Shown here: positions 50,364-60,289 of the stretch, in pieces
Numbering within the stretch: position 1 is the stretch's first letter
Layout: every line of letters starts with the position of its first letter
From: Macrostomum hystrix
Lineage: Eukaryota; Animalia; Platyhelminthes
DNA length: 64,000 bases
Reading direction: 5' to 3'
NCBI GenBank assembly: GCA_950097015.1
Contig: CATNEN010000002.1
Location: 7,750,001-7,814,000 of the forward strand
Position numbers and translations under genes: made by a program
Notes under the pieces: model-generated
The model's database searches: none
What the model saw: only the letters and a program-made list of their open reading frames with translations
What the model was told of the DNA's origin: nothing

Positions 50364-50445
50364 TACGAGGGGTGTTTCAAAAGTAACGAGAATTTAGTCA
50401 TAACTTTTTAATGGATAAACTTTTAAATTTGAAACACCCCTCGTA
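50364..50445. mobile_element. Tc1/mariner-type miniature inverted-repeat element (82 bp including TA target sites)
   Basis: Perfect 18-bp terminal inverted repeat tacgaggggtgtttcaaa ... tttgaaacacccctcgta around a ~46-bp AT-rich core. Confidence 0.75.
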
Positions 50446-50504
50446 TTTTGTATTAGAACCATGAAGCGCCCTGTCTTTAAACCGATTTAATTTGGCAGTA
50501 TGTA

Positions 50505-51020
50505 TCCCTGTCCTTAATACATAGAAGTGGCAGTGTCCGTGTATTTGACCCATAGAAGGTCCTTAACTCATAGAAGTGGCAGTATCCCTGTCCTTAACTC
50601 ATAGAAGTGGCAGTATCCCTGTCCTTAACTCATAGAAGTGGCTGTGTCCCTGTCCTTAACTCATAGAAGTGGCAGTATCCCTGTCCTTAACTCATAGAAG
50701 TGGCTGTGTCCGTGTATTTGACCCATAGAAGTGGCAGTATCGCTGTCCTTAACGCATAGAAGTGGCAGTGTCCGTGTATTTGACCCATAGAAGTGGCAGT
50801 ATCGCTGTCCTTAACGCATAGAAGTGGCAGTGTCCCTGTATTTGACCCATAGAAGTGGCAGTATCCTTAACTCATAGAAGTGTCACTGTCTTTGGCCCAT
50901 AGAAGTGTCACTGTCTTTGGCCCATAGAAGTGTCACTGTATTTGGCCCATAGAAGTGTCACTGTCTTTGGCCCATGTAGAAGTGGCGGTGTCCCTGTCCT
51001 TATCCCATAGAAGTGGCAGA
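50505..51020. repeat. ~31-bp minisatellite (catagaagtggcagtatccctgtccttaact)
   Basis: Variable copies upstream of prominin. Confidence 0.85.
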
Positions 51021-52133
51021 ATCTTTAATCCATTGAGCGTGACCCCATCATTAACCCTAGGATGTATCAGCCCCTGGCGATGGTTTAACCCAATCTTATC
51101 CCAAGACGCGCTCTGCTAAATATTATTAACAAACAGCAGAAGAGCAGGTGGAGGCACAATAGCAGTTTTTCTCAATTAATGGTCAATGGCTTATAGGGCA
51201 GGTGAGACTTTGCCCACAGTTACACACGAGTTTGTGCTGTCTGGCTTTCTTAGGTGTAAATGCAGTTTAAGTCCAACCACACTGCCCTAGTATATCGAAT
51301 TACTTCTCTTTCGGGCTATCTAATTGAAATTTCGAGGTGGAAATAAATTAAGCAGAACCAGTGGAATCAGGCCGCAAGTTTTGAGCAGTTTAGCACCCAA
51401 TGGTCGGCCACGGCCAACCACCCTCAGCCGGTATGAATTTCGACCTGGGTGCATTTATTTGAATTTAAACTGCGCTTGTGAGAAAATTATTTTTTTCTCT
51501 TTTGTAAACACGGAGCAAAGTCCGTGGTCTCCAGCTTGGTTGCTTGCAATTGAAATTTGAAACCTCAATTTAGCTACGTGCAGGTCACGTAGAGCCACCA
51601 AATATCTCTGATTACTGGCACGCGTTTGGCTAGTGGCTATATAAGCGAATGTGGCACCTCTGTCGGCATTTTATCCTCGAATGAAATTGAGCTTCAAACA
51701 GTTGTGTCCAGTCAGCAACTATATTTGCATATCGGAACCTCTCCTTATATAAATACATCTGCTGTATTCTCATGTTGTTCTCATGCTGGCTCGCTGTACT
51801 AGATGGGCCACTCAGGCTTATAATTTAGGTAAATTAGTTTTACTTTCTGTCCAGTAGCAGTCGGTGAAAGTTTCGATTAAACTTGCGGGAAAAATATGGG
51901 CTTAATTTTAGCCTAGCCCATAGACTTGTCTACCGCGCCCCATATAGATTTTTTCGCAAGTTTAATCAAATTTAAGAGCTGCTGTTCCTAGCGGATTGTC
52001 TATGGGCCGAATGCTCGTATTGCTATTGGGTTAGCTAGCTAGTCCCAGTCCGTGATGTTTTTTCGACATTATTTTACTTTTTAGACTCGCTACTAAAGTC
52101 AAATATCTGGTCATTGTGAATCAACCGCACGCA

Positions 52134-54722
52134 ATGGAGACCTACCTGCAGTCGATACGCAGCAGCGCAATGTCGATTCTTGACGGCACACGCGCCTGGG
52201 ACGGCGGCCTGTTCCAGCTGGTTGGCGAGCAGCGCATTCTCTACACGGCAGTTGTGAACCGCAGTCTTGACCGGAGCCTACTGGTCAGCGATGCCAAGTC
52301 GACGCTGCTCAAAGGCGGGAACCTCACCGCTGTCATCTTCACCGCCCTGCTGGTCATCGCGCTGATCGCCTTAATCATAGTCAGCGTCTGCTGCCGCTGC
52401 AGGCGCCCTGCTGCTAACTCCAGATCCAAGTACCCGCTAGGCGGAAAGCTGCAGCTGCCCGCCAGCCGCCAAGTCAGCCAGCTGCCGATTTCACTGCACA
52501 GGCTGCTGGGCATTGTGTCATTGCTGGTGCTGCTCATGGCCCTTGTGCCGCTCATGCTGTCCTTCGCTGCCAACTCGCGCCTCCACGCCAGCCTGTCCGA
52601 CAGTCAGGCCAATCGCGACGGTACGATCGCCAGCCAGATCAAGAAGTCATTCGAATTTGTGGAGAACTTCCTTGCCAATGTGGTTCCGGCAGCCCGACGC
52701 GACACTCAGCCTGTCATCCAGTGGACGCTCGACATGACGGCTGTCATGAAAAACACGTCGCAGACGGCCTATCAGCATGCATTTCGCGAGGCTATCGGCG
52801 CTAATGCTCTGGTGGACAGCTCCACGGATCTGATGGATCGCATAGGACTGTACTATTATACTGGGATGAAGCTGAAGATTGCCAACCAGAATGTCAAACA
52901 GGCACTAAACAGTCTCAGCAACATCAGGCTGCACGCGTTTCACTCGGATTGCCTGCGCTACAACATACCGGATAGTATCTGCAAAAACCACACCAATTCT
53001 ACTGATGTCGTCAAGTCCTTGATCCCGCTGGTGCAAGCCAGATGGACCGAGGGCCCATTAAAGGAGACTCCGCAGGCCGTTCTGCAGAACGTCACTGACC
53101 TTCTCCAAAATTTTGTTGGTGTTCTTGAAAGCACAGGCAACATACCCCAAAAACAGCAGGAACTCAAAGAGCAGAAACTCAAAGTTAGCATCGAATTCAA
53201 CCAGAACATCTCCAGCGTGTTTGATCGGGAGCTCAACTCTACAGAGTTCGTGTTGAGCGGCTTGGAGCAGAAGTTTGCCGACCTGGAAGCGAAAATCGGC
53301 AAGGCCATTGGGTCGGTGCGCAACATGTCTAGTCAAGCCCAGCTCGCGTACGCCAAGTCTTCTTCCCGCTTCGAGTCCATGCGCTTTGGTGCGACGATCG
53401 TGCTGCTCGTTCTGCTGTTATTGAGCCTGGTACTCCTAGCCACAGAGACTGTGCTCATCCAGCTGCCGAGTGTTGCAAAGACCCGTTTCGGCGTGCTCAT
53501 AAGTGGCGTGTACATCAGCTACATGGCTTACGCTCTCGCCATCGTGTTTGTGTGCCTGATGTTTTGCCTCACTGGCTATCTGCAAACTGAGGCTTGCCGC
53601 TACATGTACGAAGGGCAAACGGCAGACCGCTATTTGGTGCCGGAGATCAATGACATTGTGCGCGAACTCAAGGCCCGTGCCGCTGCGGATCCCAACGCAA
53701 CCGATGCGATTCCGTTGCATGGAATCGGCCGGCTCATTGGCGGCATTCTTGACGGCTGCCAAGCCGACCTGCCCATTATGAAAGCGCTGGACGCCGTGAA
53801 ATTCATCGATACGAATGCTTCCAACAGCGCCGAGGCATCGCTGCAGTTCAAGCGGAAAGGCCGGGACATCCTGCGCAGAGAGATGAGCAACGCCAACCTG
53901 GACGTGTTGCGAGATAAGTCCTTAAACGAAAAGATGAATGGCCTGCGGTCGGTGTTTGAAAGGTTCAAAACATTCCCATTTGTTGCTATGGGTCGCATCC
54001 TCGTACAGGACTCGAATATTCTGGTGAATACGCGGCGAGCGCTTCTCGTGCTACAGCAGCTCACGAGCTATATCCAGTCAAAGATTAACAACACCGACGA
54101 CAGCACTTGGAAGCTGGCTGATTCCAATCAGCAGTACATTCAAGACGGCCTGAACTCGCTGCAAAGCCTGATCAACGCCAGGGAATACTTTGTGCCCAAG
54201 ATGGAACAGCTAGATGCCGAAAGGGATGTTGTGTCTGTCATCGACAAAGTGGTCAGCAGCAATGACCAAATGGATGTGTTCTTGGCCAACAAAACCTTGT
54301 GGACTGACACCGCTGTCAAGTACTACACCAAGTACGTGATTGATGGCAGCACGGAGGAGTCCAAAGCGATTGCTGACAACACCACTGTTGCCTTCCTGTC
54401 GGCATTGGCGCCTTGCCGCGATGTCTACAACTTCTACCAGACAGTGGTTGGCGTCCCATGCCGTTCTGTCATGTATCCGCTTAGCATCCTCTGGTTCTGC
54501 ATCTCCTGGTTCCTCTGGTTCGCTGTTCTACTGGCTCTCCTAGTGCACCTGTCTCTGTCCATCTTCACTGATCATCAGCCACAGCAGCAGCAGCAGCAGC
54601 AGAATCTTCCGCTAGACGATAAGTATCGGAACAGCAACGGTGACCAAACGGCGGCTGTCACGACGGCTACGAATGATGGCGTCGCAACAGCGGAGCCGCT
54701 GTTGAAGACGGCGGCAGTCTGA
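52134..54722 (+). CDS. Prominin-like pentaspan membrane glycoprotein
   Basis: Uninterrupted ORF (first ATG 52134; frame open from the acceptor at 52084). Five hydrophobic segments, CCRC after TM1, two large N-glycosylated loops, and C-terminal PCRDVYNFYQTVVGVPCRSVMYPLSILWF typical of prominins. No clear signal peptide, so a 5' exon may be missing. Confidence 0.8.
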   Translation: METYLQSIRSSAMSILDGTRAWDGGLFQLVGEQRILYTAVVNRSLDRSLLVSDAKSTLLKGGNLTAVIFTALLVIALIALIIVSVCCRCRRPAANSRSKYPLGGKLQLPASRQVSQLPISLHRLLGIVSLLVLLMALVPLMLSFAANSRLHASLSDSQANRDGTIASQIKKSFEFVENFLANVVPAARRDTQPVIQWTLDMTAVMKNTSQTAYQHAFREAIGANALVDSSTDLMDRIGLYYYTGMKLKIANQNVKQALNSLSNIRLHAFHSDCLRYNIPDSICKNHTNSTDVVKSLIPLVQARWTEGPLKETPQAVLQNVTDLLQNFVGVLESTGNIPQKQQELKEQKLKVSIEFNQNISSVFDRELNSTEFVLSGLEQKFADLEAKIGKAIGSVRNMSSQAQLAYAKSSSRFESMRFGATIVLLVLLLLSLVLLATETVLIQLPSVAKTRFGVLISGVYISYMAYALAIVFVCLMFCLTGYLQTEACRYMYEGQTADRYLVPEINDIVRELKARAAADPNATDAIPLHGIGRLIGGILDGCQADLPIMKALDAVKFIDTNASNSAEASLQFKRKGRDILRREMSNANLDVLRDKSLNEKMNGLRSVFERFKTFPFVAMGRILVQDSNILVNTRRALLVLQQLTSYIQSKINNTDDSTWKLADSNQQYIQDGLNSLQSLINAREYFVPKMEQLDAERDVVSVIDKVVSSNDQMDVFLANKTLWTDTAVKYYTKYVIDGSTEESKAIADNTTVAFLSALAPCRDVYNFYQTVVGVPCRSVMYPLSILWFCISWFLWFAVLLALLVHLSLSIFTDHQPQQQQQQQNLPLDDKYRNSNGDQTAAVTTATNDGVATAEPLLKTAAV

Positions 54723-55256
54723 ACTCTCGGCTGAGACGTGAGCGTAAATTTCTCTTTACAGTAGCTGTTATTATCAAATTTATATAATTGAGTGTAACAG
54801 CTTGCGGACACTGTCATAATTTCATCCAATCGATGCTTTGATTATTCAATTGAACGAGTATAAGATCTAATTTCGCTTTCTTCAGCGGTAATCGCCCGGA
54901 TAGTAGAGTTCACTTCGTATCCACGGAAACCGGTCTGTAGTTTCTAGATTTAGCCCGCCTGCAAATGCGGGCCTTTCTTTGTGTGTCCACCTGTTGATCA
55001 GGCTGAGTGCTATCATTTGATTTCCTAGTACACTATAATATACTAGCGGGCTCTATATTTGCTTGCTTTTTTGTCGGAATAATAAAACATAGACCAATAT
55101 TCCAATATTTTCATCGCTAAAAGCATATCTCGATCCCTAAGCAATGTCAAGTCTCGTAAACAAATTTACACCTTGTCAGAATTAGCTCATTTTCTCTGTG
55201 GCTTTAGAAAAATTTATTCTATGAGTAGCACATGATTCCATGTAATCAATACGCTA

Positions 55257-55909
55257 TACAAGAGTTATCAGAAAAGTTCCGTGTATTTAATTATAGCCAG
55301 AAAACTATTTACAACAGCAAATCGAAAAGTTACACGCCTCATTTTTGGGACCTCTTCACTCAAAGTATGCACCCTCAACCTCCACGCACTTCTCCCAATG
55401 CCGCGCGAGCCCGTCAATGCTCGCGGTACGAATGCTCCGAATCGCCTTCTGGGGTCGTGGAGAACCCGGCCTGCGCCATGTGGCACTCTGCCGCTTCAAC
55501 TCTGCCTCCCATGAATGTGCCCAGGTCTCATCGCAGGCAAAAATCCTTTGCAGGAATGCCATACCCTCTTGTCGATACCGCTGCAGGGTTGGATGTTCAC
55601 CTGGCGACCCGCCGATCTCGCTGATCGTCGGTAAGGAGATGTGGGACCGAATCGTGTCATACGATAGGCTTGAGTCTCTCAGGATAAAAAATGTTTATTG
55701 GCAGAGCTTGAAAAACTTGATCACTGCTCGCTTGTTATGCTTCGAGAAACTTTCTTGCCACGCAAGCCAGAGATGATTTAAGAACTTCAAACTCAAGCGG
55801 GGCACTCCTTATGAGTTCAATTGTCTATGGCAAAAGCCATTTCGCGTTAGCTTGCTTTGGAGCTATGCTCTGTCCCAATACACAGAGAACTTTTCTGACA
55901 ACCCTCGTA
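55257..55909 (-). mobile_element. Internally deleted, degenerate mariner DNA transposon
   Basis: TA-flanked imperfect TIRs (caagagttatcagaaaagttc and gaacttttctgacaaccctcg, 18/21). Minus-strand transposase remnants VPHLLTDDQRDRRV, FLQRIFACDETW (first catalytic D) and the C-terminal WEKCVEVEGAYFE*, with the middle of the DDD domain missing and in-frame stops. Confidence 0.85.
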
Positions 55910-56464
55910 TACTTTAGTACTCGTAGTTTTGTATTGTGAAAATTTAGCTCTTCGTTCGTCTGATTTCGCTCGTACAAAATAACGAGCTGATTCTTTTATT
56001 ATTATTTTCTGGGCCGCCCAAGTCGTTTTACAAATGCTTTAAGTGGACAATTTTTTTATTATTGTGCCAGATTTATTCGGTGATTCGCAACAAGAATTGT
56101 GCTTTCTGCAGTTCTGCCTTATTTCGGTCACTGCTTTGCTTTGGTTTTGTCCGGCATTTTCGCATGTTTGCCCTTATTTAGCTACTATAAGTAGTAACCA
56201 GCGCAATTCATATTTAACTTAATGTAATCATCAAATATAAAAAAATGCCTAATAAACTAGTATTCAGTGGGTATCTGCTCGAACAGGTGTAAATATATTT
56301 CAAAACCGGAGTTGTTTAATTATTTGTCCTTTGTCTCTGCTGCATAACTTTAATGTGATTAGATTGACATTTTACGAGTAAGGTAGATTTGTCAGCAATG
56401 TGACAGTGCCATTGATAAGATAAAGTAGGAAAGGTCAATTGATGCTAAACTATTCAATGGTTAG

Positions 56465-56595
56465 GAAGATTAGTCATCAGTTCAGTCGGATTGGTCATCA
56501 GTTCAGTCGGATTGGTCATCAGTTCAGTCGGATTGGTCATTAGTTCAGTCAGATTGGTCATTAGCTCAGTCGGATTGGTCATTAGTTCAGTCAGT
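56465..56595. repeat. 21-bp minisatellite (tggtcatcagttcagtcggat)
   Basis: About 6 copies upstream of nAChR. Confidence 0.85.
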
Positions 56596-57182
56596 TAAAA
56601 TAAGTTTAAAGGCTTTCAAAGTAAATGCAGCAACTGACGAGCTTGTGTGCACATCATTCTGAATATTATATTAGTATCTCGTACAGTGAGACCTGTGCAC
56701 CTATCAGTTCATTGTGCTCAGTCCAGTTGGAGTGAAAAAGTTGCATAAAGCTACTCAAATGCAGGTGAGGACAATACTGAGGTCTCTCAGTGTCTTATGA
56801 AACGGGCTTGGCTGGAGTGCTTAATCAAACTGTAAAGTGGCCCTCTCTCAAAGCACCTGCGAAGCTATTTTGTGAGCTGAATATATGTAAAAATAGAGAA
56901 ATGTGCTCAGAGTAGAAAGCTCTGCAGTTGAGTTATTTGCACAGTACAGGCACCGCAATCTACATTCGCTCATCAGATATAAGCTCAGTGCTATAGATGC
57001 ATGCGAGACTAACAAGCACACCTAGCTGCTGTTACCTGATCCAACAACTTGTGGAACTGGAACTGGAACTCCGCGTTGCTTGAGAATGGTTCTGAGCAGT
57101 AAATAAACATGAGCATCCTGTTGCATCTGTATTCTCAGAATCGATTTGAAATAGCAGATTATAAGAGCAGAAGCCACGCAAA

Positions 57183-59683
57183 ATGCTGGTGTTTTTCTTG
57201 CCTGTTTTGTTATATCTCATGAGCAGTTTTCGAGGTGAGTACATTCGAACATGTGATTTCGATTTTTTATTTCAAATTTGGAATTGCACAACGCATCTAC
57301 GCGGTTCAGTACATCTCGACTATAAGTCGGAAGCTCTGAGAACAGGGTTACAACCTACCCTACTGATCGCAAGCTTAATGTTGTGCAGTGTCAAAGCAGC
57401 CCGGCCCTAACGGCTTTCTCTCTTCTTCTTCTGTCTATGGTCCCGTTAAGCTATGCTTCGCCTCAACTGTTGCACCCCTTTTACCCCCCCCCCCCAAGCT
57501 AAACGTAAGAGTGACTACACGGCTTATTCGCACGCGCGGCTTTAACCCAAATACACTCGTTATATTCGCTATAAGAAGCTTCCTTTGAGTCTTGACACTT
57601 AATAAACAATTGTAGATGTCCACGCGGCGCCTCCAGGCCTGGCTCACCTGTACAGCGATTTTTACCTGTCCAGAACAGGTTACAGGTACGCCAGGCCGGT
57701 AGTCAACAACTCCCAGCCGGTCATCATGTACATGAATGTCAGCCTGACGCAAATCGTTGACGTCGACGAGAAAAACCAGATCATCAAGCTGAACATGTGG
57801 GTGCTGCAGGAGTGGATAGATCCTTTCTTCATCTGGCATCCGCAGAGCTACGGTGGCGTCGACCACATGCTGCTGCCCTCCGACGCTCTGTGGACTCCCG
57901 ACGTTGTGCTGTACAGCAAGTAAGTCGCTTCACTGAACCTTCCGGTTGGAACCTTCCGGTTGGAACCTTCCGGTTGGAACCTTCCGGTTGGAACCTTCCG
58001 GTTGGAACCTTCCGGCTGGAACCTTCCGGTTGGAACCTTCCGGTTGGAACCTTCCGGTTGGAACCTTCCGGTTGGAACCTTCCGGTTGGAACCTTCCGGT
58101 TGGAACCTTCCGGTTGGAACCTTCCGGTTGGAACCTTCCGGTTGGAACCTTCCGGTTGGAACCTTCCGGTTGGAACCTTCCGGTTGGAACCTTCCGGTTG
58201 GAACCTTCCGGTTGAAACCTTCCGGTTGGAACCTTCCTGTCGTGGATATTTTTGCATTTCATGGGACTGTGAGTTACCACGTGAAGTCTGGTCTGTAAAG
58301 TTTCTTACTATGATGTGTTCTGATCATATAAATACGGACGTGATGAGACAGATATTAAATCCTGTTTCTCAGTGCTGGAAGCGACTGGGACCTCAGCCAG
58401 TCCTCAACTAAGCTCAAAGTGTATTATGACGGCCGCGTAATTTGGAAGCCGCCTGTGATCTACGAGAGCACGTGCGACATCAACGTGGAGTTCTTTCCGT
58501 TCGACATGCAGGACTGCCGGCTGAAGATGGGCACCTGGACCTACCACGGGCTGCACATCGACCTGCGCCACCTCGCTCAGAAAGCTGAAGCTGAGCGACT
58601 CAAGCGAATCAAGTTTGACGACTGCGAGGCCGAGATCAACTACGCTGTAGACCTGTCTGAGTACGTTCAGAACACCGAGTGGGACCTGCTGCAGGTGTCA
58701 GCCAAGCGCAACATTGTCTACTACGCCTGCTGTCCGGAGCCCTACCTAGACATCACCTTCTTGTGAGTCCTTTATTGGCTCTGATTTTATTAACATAAAA
58801 CTTCCGAATGTTTTCAAGTCCGAAAATCATTAGTACTCTTTCAACTCAAGACGTAAATTAAACCGTTTGAACCGACAGCCTGAAGTTTCGTCGGCAGTCT
58901 TTGTTCTACGGCATCAGCCTCATCTGTCCCTGCCTGGCCATCAGCTTCCTCACCATCTGCGTGTTTTACCTGCCCGCCGACTCGCAGGAGAAAATGACGC
59001 TGAGCATATCAATCCTTGTCGCCCTGACTGTGTTCATAATGATGGTCTTTGAACTGACTCCGCCCACCTCGCTGGTCGTTCCGCTGATCACAAAGTACCT
59101 CATGTTCACAATGATTCTCGTAAGCCTGTCCATCCTGGTGTCCACCATCGTACTGAACGTCCGTTATCGGTCGCCGCACGTCAACAAGGTGCCTGATTGG
59201 GCCAAACGGCTGTTCCTGCACACCTTACCCAGCACGCTCTGTATGGACAGACGAGCACCGCCCGAGGACATCGGCCACAGCAGCTACCACGGCGCCGAAT
59301 GTCTCTACGATGACGACGATGAGAGCGACGAGATAGAGGAAGAGGAGGATGCCGACGTCGAGAATGGCCAGGCGGATGTTGCCAACGAGATGCGCGACGT
59401 GGCGCGCGCAGTGCGGGGTGTCCGATCAATCGCGCGTCGCATTCGCGAGGACATTCGCTCCAGCACGAGCGCCGAGGAGTGGAAGTATGTTGCTCTGGTT
59501 TTAGACCGCATCTTCCTGCTCAGCTTCGGCCTGTCGGCCATTGTGGGCACGTTCGGAATCTTCTTTCAAGCGCCGACGCTATTCGACACGCAGAAGCCGC
59601 TGCGGAGGGAGCTGGTGCACGAGTACGAGAGCAACCTCACCGTGGTGCGCAACTGTAGCCTGAGGGCTCGGGGCGTCGGCTAA
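57183..59683 (+). CDS. Nicotinic acetylcholine receptor alpha subunit (cation-selective type), ~516 aa
   Basis: Exons 57183-57234, 57616-57919, 58373-58762, 58879-59683. Signal peptide, VDVDEKNQ, WTPDVVLY, Cys-loop CDINVEFFPFDMQDC, WTY, vicinal cysteines YYACCPEPY (alpha type), M2 preceded by EK (DSQEKMTLSISILVALTVF), M4 EEWKYVALVLDRIFL. Confidence 0.95.
57935..58240. repeat. 14-bp minisatellite (ggaaccttccggtt)
   Basis: About 21 copies starting ~15 nt after the nAChR exon 2 donor. Confidence 0.92.
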
Positions 59684-59779
59684 TGTGGCTCAGACTTTGA
59701 GACTATTGCTCCGGTTCCGCGTCACATTGTGTTCCTACTCTTTGATAGAGCTCCAGTTTAATAATAATAATAATATTTA

Positions 59780-60032
59780 CAGAAGGGCTGTGTGCTCCGA
59801 CACATCGTTTGGCGACAGTAGACCCACAGCCAGCGAGGAGGCAATTCTGCCCTTTCCCCTGACTCCTGACACACTCACCAGGGGCACTGGAGAGTACATC
59901 TGTAGCTCTGGAGTGCAGTAGTGCCCCGGGGTCGGAATTCAAGAGCGTAATTTGAAAGACCCCAGGCCAAATGAATTTGGCCTCGCCAAGGAATCGAGCT
60001 CAGGGAACTTAGTGTGACAGGTTAACGCGTCA
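59780..60032 (-). mobile_element. Diverged SINE copy I between the convergent nAChR and RhmD genes
   Basis: Minus strand has gagctcgattcc..ggcgaggccaaattcattt and aggagtcagg..gggcagaattgcctcctcgctggctgtgggtc. Confidence 0.7.
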
Positions 60033-60289
60033 CCTCATTGGGTTCCAGTTTAATTTCACGTTTAAAATAATTCTAGATTGCTTTGAGCTTCCGCGGTCGT
60101 TGACTGCATTGATACGATAAATTGAATTTATCTGTGACACAGCAAACTTGTATAAAAACTGTAAAGAAGCAGATGAGAATATTTTTGCTTTTTCCTTTCC
60201 TTTATTGCGAATATTTGTAAGCGACCGACGCGGGAAAGTGCACTTAATATTTGCGTTCTAAGACGCTCCGTATTCACTTGCACCGAACT

